The notes under the pieces were generated by a model. That model was not told where the DNA came from. It did not search any database and saw only the letters and a program-made list of their open reading frames with translations. A stretch of 64,000 bases of DNA from an uncultured bacterium (lineage in GTDB: Bacteria > Verrucomicrobiota > Kiritimatiellia > RFP12 > UBA3636), in the NCBI GenBank assembly GCA_902793555.1, contig CADBEF010000008.1:420-64419 (forward strand), given 5' to 3'. Made by a program: the position numbers and the translations under genes. This document shows, piece after piece, positions 28,074 through 38,493 of the stretch; positions within the stretch are counted from its first letter, which is position 1; each line of letters begins with the position of its first letter.

Positions 28074-31000
28074 AAACGCATCCTCCCGCTCCTCCTCGCC
28101 GCCGCGGCCCTGTCCGCCCGCGCCACGGTCCAAGGCACCGACTTCGAAAAGAAGATCGCCTTCACCCCCTCGTCCACCGCGCTCGCGAAGATCGGCGAAA
28201 CGGCTTGGGCGGACTTCCCCGTCCTCGTGCGGCTTCCGGCCGCCGTTTCGTCCCAGTTGCAGAGCGCGAATGGGACCGACCTTTACGTCGAGGATGAGAA
28301 CGAAGTTCCGCTTGCGTTCGAGGTCGAGTCGTTTGACCCGGCCGGCACGACGCTCGTCTGGGTCAAGGTGCCGTCGCTTTCGTCCGCAACGGTGCTCAAC
28401 GTTTTCTTTGGCGGTTCAGCGAACGCCGACAACGACCCGACCGCCGTCTGGTCGAACTACGTCGGCGTGTGGCACTTCCCCGGCTCGGCCGCCGGAACGA
28501 CGACCGTCGCCGACGCGACCGGACACTCGCTCGACGGCACGACGACGGGCACGATTTCGACCTACGCCGGCCCGTTCGGCGGCGACACTCTCCAATGCAC
28601 CGAGAAAATCAACGCGCCGGACTACGATTCGCTGCTCTCCAACGTCGCGCAGTTCAGCGTCTCCGGCTGGTTCAAGGCGCCGAACCAGAGCAACGCGTAC
28701 TTCACGTACGTCTCGAAGAAGGCTGACCTGGCCTGGAACGCCGACAAGGGCTGGTATCTTGAAATGTCCCAAAGCAAGACCAAGGCGAACCTGGTCCTGA
28801 CCGGCTCGAACAACTTCACCATTCCGGACGTTTCGGCGAACTGGAACTACTTCCACCTCGTTTCGGACGGTTCGACGGTGAAGGTCTACATGAACGGCTC
28901 CACGAGCGCATCCAAATCGGTATCCTACAAGGTCAAGGCGAGCAGCAAGGTCTTCCTGATCTGCGGCAAGGACGGCTGCTCCGACGAATACCGCGTCCGC
29001 GCCGGCGCTGCGAGCGCGGCGGAGACCGCGCTCGAATACGCGACGATGGCCGATGCGGCGTTCTTCGACGCCGGCGCGATCGAGTCCGTGGATGCAACGG
29101 CGCAGGTCTTCGAGACGCCGACCGCCGTGCGCAACGCGAACGGCTCGACTACGGTCACGGTCGTCCTCTCCGCCTACAATGGCGACGTGGGCGTGATCTA
29201 CGAGGGCGGCGAGACGCCCGTCACGAACATCGTCGCGAACGCCGCCACGCCCGGCACCTACACGGACACGCCGGCGAATCTGGCGGCGGACACGACCTAC
29301 GCATTCTCCGCCTACGGAAAGAACGCGAACGACACCGAGGTCGTCAAAGCGGGCAACATCTTCTACAACGGCGACCTCTCCGTCACGACGGTCTCGGACG
29401 CGAACGAAAGCGGACTCGTCCCCGGCGTCTTCCGCATCTCGCGCGCCGATTCGGCGCACAACCTTACAGTGACCTACACTGTCGGTGGAACCGCCGTTGC
29501 GGACCAGTCCTACGTCGCGCTTTCCGGCACGGCGACGATTCCGGCCGGCGCAACGTACGTGGACGTGACCGTGACGCCGCTCAACGACCCGACCGTCACG
29601 GAGAACGTGTCGGTTGCGCTTTCTCTTGCGTCCGGACTTTACGGCATCTCGGCATCTGCCGGCACGGCGACGATGACGATCGCGAACCTGAACGCCCCCG
29701 CCGGCTTCAACACGTGGGTCGCGTCCGCGGCAGGCCTTGCGTCCGTCAGCAACAACTGGTCCGCCGGCCACCCGCCGAACGCCTCCGAACACGCTCTCTT
29801 CGACGGTCGCTTTTCTTCGGCGAACTGCGAGTGGGACGCCGCCGCATCTGCAACGGTCGCCTCTTGGACGCAGACGAACGACTACGCCGGCGTGATCACG
29901 CTCAAGACGGTCTATCCCGGCAAGGGCGACTTCCAGTGCCTGACCGTGACAGGGCCGATGGCGGTCATGAGCGGCACCATCACCCACCCGCAGTCGCGGA
30001 CACAGGGCCAGAGTGCGACGGATTACCTGCAGGACCTCCTCGACAACGAGACCTACCGCGTCCGCATCGACGCAGGGTCCCTCGTCATCGGACCGGACGG
30101 CCGGATCGACGCCCTCAACAAGGGCTACTACCATTCCAACACCGGCAGCCACACGTCGCCCGAGCCTTCCCACGGCGGACGTCTCTCCGCGTCCGGGCAG
30201 GCCCCCTACGACGACGTCAAGGAGCCGATCCACATCGGCATGCCCTACAAGCGGGATAGCGGCACCTACTATATCGGCATCGGCGGCGGCGCAATCTATC
30301 TCACGTCGACCGGCGCCATCGTCGTGAACGGCTACATCGGGGCCGACACGGGTTCCGACACGTGGAACCGCGGCTACACGCTCCGCGGCGGCGCGGCGGC
30401 GGGCTCCGTCTATGTCCGCGGCGCCTCCGTCACCGGCTCCGGCACGATCTCCGCAAGCGCGCTGAAGACGGACGAGCAGAAGTACCGCGGCGTGGGCGGT
30501 CGCGTCGCCGTCATCGCCACCTCTTCGACGCCGATCGACTACACGACACTCCAGCTCAAGGCAACGGTCTATCCGTTCAACAACAACAACGGGCAAAGCT
30601 CGACATACGGCGGGTGCGGCACGGTCTTCGTCAAGGACGGCACGATGACGAACGGCGTCCTCATCGTGCGGAATTTCGACCTGACCTTCGCCGAAGACGC
30701 ATCTGGACGCCGGACCGATGTCACGGCCGAAGGCGACTGGACCTTCGATCGGCTCGAGCTGGGAGGAGGGGTGCAGTTGTCCGTTCCCTACGGAACGACC
30801 CTCACGCTCCCCGGCTGGGACTGCGTGACGGCCCCGGCCAACAACACCGGCACCGGAACGCCATCCGGGTTCATCTACCGGGGCGGAACGCTCGACTTCG
30901 GCTCCGCCGCGGAAGTCATGTTCTCCGGCCACTGGTATTTCGCCCCGATTTCGAACTACGTCTTCAACGCGGACGTCTCGCTCGCGGACGGCGCCGCGAT

Positions 31001-32000
31001 CGGCTTCGGCGGGAAATACACGCAAAAGATCGCCAACAACGCTTATCCTGACAAGCTCGACAAGATCCAGTGCACCGTGAACGGCAATCTGACTATCCCG
31101 TACGGGTGCTCCGTCAATGTCAACCAGGCCGGCGCCATGCAGGACAGCCACGGCGTGCCCGCTGACTACCCGCAGGGGGCGCACGGCGGGCGCCGCTCGA
31201 ACACGATGAAGACGATCGGCTCGGCGTTCCATCCCCGGACCTTGCCGCACGGTCAGTCGAACAGCTACGGATGGATCATCCCGGGAGGGGCGGTCGAGCT
31301 CGTAGTCTCAGGGACACTGACCCTCGGCGGCACCATTGAATCGACCGCCTACACTGGGAACGACGGCACCAAGTCCGAGGTCGGCGGCGGATCGATTGAC
31401 ATCACGGCCGGGCGACTTGCGGGCGACGGCTCGATCAAGGCGGGGGCCGTCAAGGACGGCCAGCCGGGCGGCCGCATCGCCATCCATCTGACGGGCGTTG
31501 GTGCAACGTTTGATGATTTCGATGGAGCTGTCAACTGCGCCACGCTGGGAGCTGGCAGCATAGGTTCATGCGGTTCGATCTACATAGAGACTGCAGCAGA
31601 CGGCGATAGGCGCGGAACGGTCATCCTTGACGACAACAACGTGACCTGCACGACCTACACGCCCATCTGCGCGACGGGCTACGAAGCGGATGACGTCGCC
31701 GACTTCCGGCACGCGGATCTCGTCGTCCGGAACCAGGCCAAGGCGCAGGTGGCCGTCGCCGACGACAAAGGGACCTTCACGATGGACAACGTCGAAATCG
31801 ACGAAACCGGCGCGCTCGACCTGTTCGGGAACCGCTTCGTCGTCACGTCCGCGAGGATCGGCGGAAAGAACGTCCATACCGGCACCTACACGGCCGCGCA
31901 GCTCGCCGCGCTCGGCTTCCCGCAGGTCGTCGACACCGACGAGAACGCCGCCGGAACGCTCGTCATCCGCGGCGCGGCGACGGTGCTCATCGTGAAATAG
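28071..32000 (+). CDS. Giant secreted DUF2341/LamG-like protein (1309 aa) with a C-terminal beta-helix-like region
   Basis: Signal peptide 'MKRILPLLLAAAALSARA'. 'VWVKVPSLSSATVLNVFFGG...VGVWHF' DUF2341-like module. Ends '...GAATVLIVK'. Confidence 0.85.
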   Translation: MKRILPLLLAAAALSARATVQGTDFEKKIAFTPSSTALAKIGETAWADFPVLVRLPAAVSSQLQSANGTDLYVEDENEVPLAFEVESFDPAGTTLVWVKVPSLSSATVLNVFFGGSANADNDPTAVWSNYVGVWHFPGSAAGTTTVADATGHSLDGTTTGTISTYAGPFGGDTLQCTEKINAPDYDSLLSNVAQFSVSGWFKAPNQSNAYFTYVSKKADLAWNADKGWYLEMSQSKTKANLVLTGSNNFTIPDVSANWNYFHLVSDGSTVKVYMNGSTSASKSVSYKVKASSKVFLICGKDGCSDEYRVRAGAASAAETALEYATMADAAFFDAGAIESVDATAQVFETPTAVRNANGSTTVTVVLSAYNGDVGVIYEGGETPVTNIVANAATPGTYTDTPANLAADTTYAFSAYGKNANDTEVVKAGNIFYNGDLSVTTVSDANESGLVPGVFRISRADSAHNLTVTYTVGGTAVADQSYVALSGTATIPAGATYVDVTVTPLNDPTVTENVSVALSLASGLYGISASAGTATMTIANLNAPAGFNTWVASAAGLASVSNNWSAGHPPNASEHALFDGRFSSANCEWDAAASATVASWTQTNDYAGVITLKTVYPGKGDFQCLTVTGPMAVMSGTITHPQSRTQGQSATDYLQDLLDNETYRVRIDAGSLVIGPDGRIDALNKGYYHSNTGSHTSPEPSHGGRLSASGQAPYDDVKEPIHIGMPYKRDSGTYYIGIGGGAIYLTSTGAIVVNGYIGADTGSDTWNRGYTLRGGAAAGSVYVRGASVTGSGTISASALKTDEQKYRGVGGRVAVIATSSTPIDYTTLQLKATVYPFNNNNGQSSTYGGCGTVFVKDGTMTNGVLIVRNFDLTFAEDASGRRTDVTAEGDWTFDRLELGGGVQLSVPYGTTLTLPGWDCVTAPANNTGTGTPSGFIYRGGTLDFGSAAEVMFSGHWYFAPISNYVFNADVSLADGAAIGFGGKYTQKIANNAYPDKLDKIQCTVNGNLTIPYGCSVNVNQAGAMQDSHGVPADYPQGAHGGRRSNTMKTIGSAFHPRTLPHGQSNSYGWIIPGGAVELVVSGTLTLGGTIESTAYTGNDGTKSEVGGGSIDITAGRLAGDGSIKAGAVKDGQPGGRIAIHLTGVGATFDDFDGAVNCATLGAGSIGSCGSIYIETAADGDRRGTVILDDNNVTCTTYTPICATGYEADDVADFRHADLVVRNQAKAQVAVADDKGTFTMDNVEIDETGALDLFGNRFVVTSARIGGKNVHTGTYTAAQLAALGFPQVVDTDENAAGTLVIRGAATVLIVK

Positions 32001-32010
32001 CTTCCGTCTT

Positions 32011-32042
32011 CGCCCGGCGCCCGCGTCGGCTTCGGCCGGGCG
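32011..32042 (+). terminator. Hairpin cgcccggc-N16-gccgggcg downstream of the giant gene
   Basis: 8-bp perfect GC stem, 11 nt after the stop. Weak U-tract. Confidence 0.3.
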
Positions 32043-32218
32043 TCGCGGTTCCGTCCGAAGGAAGGACCGACATGGCAGAATCCTCGCAAGTGGCAGCCGC
32101 CGACCACGCGCGCCCCGGGCCCGACTGGCGCGCGGCGGGCGGCCTCTTCCATCTCTTCGAAGCGCTCTGGCGCGGATTCTGCCAGGGTTCGGCGCTGCCA
32201 GGCCTCCGTTTCGCGCGC

Positions 32219-32248
32219 TTGACACGCGCGCGGGGAGTTTGGTAGGTT
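32219..32248 (+). promoter_or_regulatory. Sigma70-like promoter TTGACA-18-TAGGTT (paralog of 21028-21057) plus a conserved leader and GGAG RBS
   Basis: cttgacacgcgcgcggggagtttggtaggtt. The ~110-nt leader is ~75% identical to the leader upstream of 21139. Confidence 0.45.
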
Positions 32249-32327
32249 TCGACCTGAAGGGACGCCCCATCCGGGCGGACCTGCTTTCAAAGCCCGTCAA
32301 TCACCCGGTTGACACGTGGAGATTCCC

Positions 32328-35300
32328 ATGAAACATCCGTTCGCTCTCGTTGCGGCCGCGCTTCTCGCGGGCGCGCTCGTTCTCCCCTCCGCGCGCGCGG
32401 CGGACGCGGACGCCACCGGCCTCGTGCCCACGATCTGGTGGGACTTCGAGACCAAGCCCAGCGCCTCGGGCCTCGCCACGGCGAACAAGGGCGCGACCTA
32501 CCAGGCGGGCGTCACGAACGGCTGGGCCGTTGACACGTCGAAGTTCACGCCGTATTCGCAGGCGAACGGCGCCTTCTCGACGGCCGGCGGCGCCTACACC
32601 GTGTCCCTCGTCATGAACCTCGGGACGACCAAGAACGGCATCACGCTGAACCTCCGCAATGAAACCGGCGAAAGGGACCTGATCGTCCGCCGCGGTTCGA
32701 CCGCGGGCTCGCTCGTCGTCGGCTGCGACGTCTGGAAGGTCGCCACAAGACACAATCTCACGACGACGTTCGAGGACGACTCGACCTACCATCTCGTCTC
32801 CGTCGTCGTGGAGGAGTCTGGCTTCTCGCTCTACGTGGACGGCGAGTTCGTCGGGTCCGAGACGGGCTTCACCCTGTGGACCGCCACGGGCCGCGCCAGC
32901 CGCCTCCAGTTCGGTGCGCACCTCAGCGGCATGCCCTCCGGCGAGGCGAAATACGGCGGCTGCATCGACGACCTGCGCATCCACGACGCGGCGCTCACGC
33001 CCGCGCAGATGAAGCTGATCGCCGCCGAATACGGCCTTGCCTCCATCGATGGCTTCATCGCCGTCGTCCCGTCCGGGGAACCGACGGTCGGAACGGATTC
33101 CTTCCGCGCGCCGTTCGCCCTGCGCGTGCCCGAGGGCGACGCGGCCGAGGCCGCGATCGTCTACGGCACGGACGCCGCGCTGTCGGCCCCGGCCACGAAC
33201 GTCGTCGGTTCGGCGCTGACGGCCGGCAACTACGAGGCGTTGCTTCCCAATCTCGTGTCTGGCACGACCTACTGGTGGAAGATCGTCGCGAGCAACGGCG
33301 TCAACCGGGCCGAGACGGACGTTGCGTCATTCCGCACGCTCGACGTGATCGTCCCGACGGACTACGCCAGGCGCATTCCCGCCGTCCTCTCCGGCTATGC
33401 CGGAACGGATACGCTCACGAATTTCCCCGTTCTCGTGAAGCTCGCGGCGGACGCGCCCATCGGCTTCGACTACGCCGACTGCGCGGAGGATGGCGCGGAC
33501 ATTCGCTTCGCGACTCCGGACGGCACGGTGCTGCCGCACGAGATCGACACGTGGAACACGAACGGCGAGTCGTTCGTCTGGGTGAAGATCCCGGCGATCT
33601 CCGGTACCGCTACGGCGTTCTCGATGTACTACGACGCGCCGGACCCGGCGGCGCTTCCGCCGGTCGATCCGCACGACGTCTGGACCGCGGCCGGGCACCG
33701 CGCCGTGTGGCACTTCGCGACAAACGCGACGGAATCCGCGCAGGGTCTGGTCGCCTCCACGGCCACCGGCACGCCGTCCTACGCGAACGACGGCGCCGTC
33801 GGCAAGTGCTGGCAGAGCGCGGGCGAGGCGTGGTTGCAGTACGCCAACGACGCCTCGTGGAGCGCACTCGGCGCGGGTTCGACGCTCACGATTTCCACCT
33901 GGGCCAAGTTCGACTCCACTTCCTATGGCTACAACCGCATCCTCTCCACGATGTCGACCTGGGAACAGCCGGCCGGCTACGAATTGACCGTCCAGGACGA
34001 CAAGAACGAGATCACCGTCGGATCGAGCGGGAAAAGCCAGTACCAGAAGGTCGTTTCGCCGGGCCCGTCGGACGAGATGGTCTACCTCACGGCCGTCTAC
34101 AACGCCGACCGCTACGCGGACCTCTACGTGAACGGCGTCCGGCAGGAGCACAAGCAGCTCAACGCGGTCGTGCAACCGACGGAGACGATGACGGTCGCCT
34201 GTTTGGCCGGCGGCGGCAACGTCTGGAACGGCTCCCTGGACGAGCTCCGCCTCCACGCGGCCGCCGAATCGGCCGACTGGGTCAAGGCCTGCTACGACAC
34301 GATGGCGACGCCGGCGTCGTTCGTCGCCCTCTCGCCGGCCGAGTCGACCGACCCCGACCTGCCGCGGTTCGGCGCGCTCTCCGCGTCCGATGCGAACGGC
34401 GTCGCAACCTTCACCGCTCCGCTCGCCGTGCCCGGCTACGGCGGCGAAGTCCCGACCTCCGTCTCGGTCTTCTACGGGACGGACGGCGAAACCTGGACGG
34501 AGCTTTCCCTCGGTTCGACGAACGAGGCCGCGACGCTGACCGTCTCGGCGTCCGGGTTCGCGGTCGGCGTCCGGTACCTCTGGTACGCCGTCGCCACCGC
34601 GACGAGCGGCGGCACGCCCAAGACGACGGTCTCCCAGCCGCAGTCGTTCGTCGCCAGGGCCTTCGATCCGACGGGGAACTACAAGTCCTTCACGGCGACC
34701 GTCGTCTGGGACGGCGCGCCCGCGGAGAACCTCCCGTTCCTGCTGCGCATCTCCGAGGGCGGCGTCAACGGCTTCGACTACGACGACGTCACGGCGTCCG
34801 GCCTCGAGATCCTCGACGCGGACGGACAGCTGCTTCCCTTCGAGATCGACACGTGGAACACGAACGGCGAATCGCTCGTCTGGGTCCTCCCGCCCGTCTA
34901 CGAGGACGGTGCGACGGTCACGGTCCGCTACGGCGCCCCGTTCGCCAACGCGCCGCTCCCCGCGACGAACGTCTGGACGGCCTATGTCGCCGTGTGGCAC
35001 ATGAACGAAATCCTCGTGGACGCCGAGTCCGGCAACCACTACACGCCCGATTCCACCGCGAGCGGCTGGCATGCCTTCAAGTCCGACGAGGCGGACGCCG
35101 TTCTGTCGCCTGTGACAACCGCGCCCGGCGCCTCCGCGCATCCGACGCCCCTCACCGGAACGGCGATGAACATCGCCTACGGCGCAGGGAAGTCGAGCTC
35201 GTCCCTCGGCGGCTTCCGCGTCCCGGCGGACCAAACCTCCTCGACCACGCTGGACGGCCCCGGCTTCACGCTCTCCGCCATCGTCAACTCGCAGCAGGCC

Positions 35301-37375
35301 GCCAACGACGGCCGCTGCCGCGTGATCGCCTTCGGAAACGAATACAACGACAGGGCCAACTTCGCGGTCGGCTCCGACAAGATCTACTGCATGGGATCCA
35401 ACTCCCACAACAAGACCAATCCGAAGGGCGCGACGGGCTGGGTCTACGCCGCGGACGTCTTCAACTCGCCGTATTCGAAGATCTACGCCGACGGCGTCTG
35501 CCTTTCCGCCAGCAACGAGGGCAACCCCAACCTCGCTAGCCTCACGCTCGACAAGGGCATCGGCCTCGGCTGCTTTACGGGCGGCAAACAGTGCCTCGAC
35601 GGCTACCTCGACGAGGCGCGCATCCGCAACGCGGCTTCGACCGCCGACTGGATCGCCGCCGAATACCACACGATGGCGGACGGCGCCGTCTCCTTCTCCT
35701 CCGTTTCGTCATCCGACACGTCCGTCCCCGTTCTCGGGACGCCGTCCGTCGCGCGCAACCCGGACGGCTCGTTCACCGTCTCGGTCGCCGTTTCCGAAAA
35801 CGACCCCGCGTCGATCGCCTGCATGATCGGAGGGACCGACTACGCGATGACGCCCGCGAACGCATCGCTCCCAACGACGTATTCCGCCACGGTTTCCGAT
35901 CTCGCGCCCGGCACCTACGTCGCGTCCGTCCATGCGACGGCGACGAGCGGAACGTCCGTTTCCTCGACCTGCCCGGACGCCTTCCACGCCGGAGCGCTGA
36001 CGATCGTAAAGATTTCCGACGCCGACGAAGGCACGCTCTCGCCCGGCGTCTTCCGTGTCTCGCGTGCGGACGCCGATTCCACGAGCCTGCCGGCGCTGAC
36101 GTTCGACGTGGCGTTCTCCGGCCCCGGGCTCGCCGGGATCGCCGATCCGGGGATTTCGGCCGCCACGATCCCCGCCGGCGCGGCGTATGTCGACATCGCC
36201 GTCACGCCCATTCCGAACGATGCCGTGAACGAGAATCTCGAACTCGTCCTGACCGTCTCGGGCGCGCACGTCGGCCAATCCTCCACCGCCTCGCTGACCG
36301 TCGTGAACTCGAGTTTCGACCTGGCGGTCCGCTACGTCGCCACGACCGGCAACGACGCCAACTCCGGCGGCACGCCCGAGTCTCCCAAGAAGACGATCGC
36401 CGCCGCCGTCGCCGCCCTCGGCCCCATCGCGCCGACGCGGACCTGCACCGTCCACGTCGCGCCGGGGCTGTACCCGATCACGTCGCCGATCGTCGTCACG
36501 AACGCGATTTCCGTCATCGGCGATGATTCGGACCCTTCGCGCGTTATCGTATCGAATACAGTGCCAAGTGGCAACGCAAGCCAGGAACATCGGGTGTTTA
36601 TCATTGCGAATGCCGACGCTCTTATAGCCAACCTGACGATGCAGAAGGGCGAAGCCTACAGCCGGAACGGGGGCAACTTCAACATCGGCACGGCTGGCGG
36701 CATGGTTTCCAATTGCGTGGTGGAAGCGGGCTATGCACGCGACAACGGAAAGGCGGCCGGTGCCTGGCTCGATGCGGGCGTCGTCACGCACACGGTCTTC
36801 CGGAAGAACTATTCGAGTGCCGGATCCGTCACCTGGGAGGGCGTTCGTGCGGGGCTTCTCCAGCTCAACGGCCAGGCCCGCGCCGAAAACTGCCTCTTCG
36901 TCCAGAACAACCAGACCGCATCCGTCCGGCTGATCAACGTGCACGGCTCCTCGGTCATGCGCAACTGCACGATCGCCGATTCGTCCCTTTCGAAGACGAA
37001 TGACGCCTGCACGACGTGGTGCGTACTCAACATCGCCTCCGGCGCGACCGTGCAGAATGTCGTGATCGCCGGCGTGACGAACACGATCGACGGCGCGACC
37101 TGCGCGATCACGGGGACCGTCGCGAACTTCCGGAACGGCGCGTTCGACGGCGACGCGACACGGCGGCTTCGTTCTTCCCGCACTACGCGAAGAACGTCCC
37201 CTACGCGATCAAGTACCAACCCAAGGCCGGCGGCCCGCTCTACGACAAGGGCGCCGACTACGCGCCGATGGCCGCGTTCGACCTCTCGGGGACGCAGAAG
37301 CGCAAGATCGCCTCGCATATCGACATCGGCTGCTACGAGGCGAACGGAGCTGCAACGGTGGTCATCGTGAAATGA
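32328..37375 (+). CDS. Giant secreted LamG/DUF2341/beta-helix protein, paralog of 21139-26730. Carries an apparent -1 frameshift near 37155-37170, so it is a possible pseudogene or a sequencing error
   Basis: Signal peptide 'MKHPFALVAAALLAGALVLPSARA'. Main frame runs to ~37160 ('...NGAFDGDAT'). The authentic C-terminus '...ASFFPHYAKNVPYAIKYQPKAGGPLYDKGADYAPMAAFDLSG...GCYEANGAATVVIVK' is in the -1 frame (ORF 37016-37375). Relative to the paralog, a ~45-nt, non-triplet deletion sits at this point. Confidence 0.6.
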
Positions 37376-37458
37376 ACCCCGTCCTTTCCGCGGACTTTCC
37401 CGGCGGCGGCGCGGTGGTGCTCGGCCCCGACGGCGCAACCGTCCGCCTCGCGAACCCA
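37372..37458 (+). pseudogene. Remnant of the M14-like gene 5' end (first ~29 codons: 'MNPVLSADFPGGGAVVLGPDGATVRLA'), fused in-frame to the downstream leader repeat and GH16 gene
   Basis: Nucleotide and protein homology to 26727-26815 ('MKTPVLSADFPGGNVRVLGIEGDTVHLA'). Homology ends at ~37458, where the 'cgtacgccag...gaccatcc' leader module begins. Confidence 0.6.
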
Positions 37459-37483
37459 ACGCCCATCGTTCGGTCGTACGCCA

Positions 37484-37512
37484 GTCCAGACCATCCGGAC
37501 CATCCGACCATG
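37484..37512 (+). repeat. Leader repeat (cagaccatc cggaccatc cgaccATG) ending in the GH16 start codon
   Basis: Same family as 28013-28073, with the same upstream 'cggtcgtacgccagtcca' module. Confidence 0.9.
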
Positions 37513-38406
37513 GACACTTCACTCGACTCCCTCCCCCTCGTCTGCGAAACGGCGGACGCCGTCCCCGGCCACGAGCCGAGCCTGCTGCCGCCCGGGCGGA
37601 AATGGACGCTCGCCTGGAACGACGAGTTCGACGGCGACCGCCTCGACGAGACGAAGTGGCGCTTCCGCACGAACTTCTGGGGCCGCCGCGCGCACTGGTT
37701 CGCGACGCCGGAGGACGGCGCCGTCGAGGTCCGCGACTCGCTCTGCCGGCTCAAGCTCGTGAAGAAGCCCGACGGACAGTTCGTCACGCCGCAGCTGCAG
37801 ACCGGCGAGCTCGTCTGGGACATCCCGCACGAGAAGGAACCGAAGGGCTTCTGGCCGCTCCCGAAGCGCGAGCCGCCGACGTTCATGCACCGCTACGGCT
37901 ACTACGAATGCCGCTGCCGCACGCAGCAGATGCCGGGCTGGTGGACGGCCTTCTGGATGCAGGCGCCGATGCAGGGCTGCTCGCTCGACCCGCGCCGTGC
38001 GGGCATCGAGCACGACATCATGGAGTCGTTCGAGCCGGGGACTCTCATCCCGCACTACTTCCACGCGAACGGCTACGGCGACGACTACGCCCCCTTCCAC
38101 ACGCCCCGCGCGGCGGAGATGAGCGACACGCTCTCGTTCGACAAGGCCGCCTTCCACCGCTTCGGGATGCTCTGGGAGCCCGACGGCTACACGATCTACA
38201 TCGACGGCCGCCAGCACGGCGAGAAGGTCGGCGGCGGACCCGGCGAGGCCGTCTCGCAAACCGAGGAGTTCGTCCTGATCTCCGCCGAGGCGAAGTGGTA
38301 TCGCGACCGCCACATGACCGGCGAGGGCGTCCCTGAGCTCGAGGACGCCTGGCGCGCCGGCGACGCCTTCCTCGTCGACTACGTCCGCGTCTTCGATCCC
38401 GCCTAG
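37510..38406 (+). CDS. GH16 beta-glucanase-like protein (no signal peptide)
   Basis: GH16 catalytic motif 'GIEHDIMES'. 'WTLAWNDEFDGDRLDETKW' N-terminal region is typical of GH16. Start placed at the ATG ending the leader repeat; an in-frame upstream extension to 37372 exists (see the pseudogene remnant). Confidence 0.8.
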   Translation: MDTSLDSLPLVCETADAVPGHEPSLLPPGRKWTLAWNDEFDGDRLDETKWRFRTNFWGRRAHWFATPEDGAVEVRDSLCRLKLVKKPDGQFVTPQLQTGELVWDIPHEKEPKGFWPLPKREPPTFMHRYGYYECRCRTQQMPGWWTAFWMQAPMQGCSLDPRRAGIEHDIMESFEPGTLIPHYFHANGYGDDYAPFHTPRAAEMSDTLSFDKAAFHRFGMLWEPDGYTIYIDGRQHGEKVGGGPGEAVSQTEEFVLISAEAKWYRDRHMTGEGVPELEDAWRAGDAFLVDYVRVFDPA

Positions 38407-38411
38407 GTCTC

Positions 38412-38493
38412 CTAGCCCATCCAGACCATCCCGACCATCCCGACCATCCCGACCATCCCGACTATCCAGACCATCCAGACCATCCCGACCATG
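38412..38493 (+). repeat. Tandem array of nine 9-bp units (consensus GACCATCCC; one 'gactatcca' variant) ending in the ATG of the GH10-like gene
   Basis: cccatccagaccatcccgaccatcccgaccatcccgaccatcccgactatccagaccatccagaccatcccgaccATGccc. Confidence 0.95.

Noticed and set aside
32072-32248. Short ORF (MAESSQVAAADHARPGPDWRAAGG..., ~58 aa) between the second giant gene and the third
   Set aside because: It overlaps the TTGACA promoter and leader, has atypical codon usage and has no recognisable features.
37372-37509. Treating 37372 as the true start of the GH16 protein
   Set aside because: The first 29 codons are a remnant of the M14-like gene, and the leader repeat ends at ATG 37510 as in six other genes. 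A fusion product remains possible and is reported as a finding.
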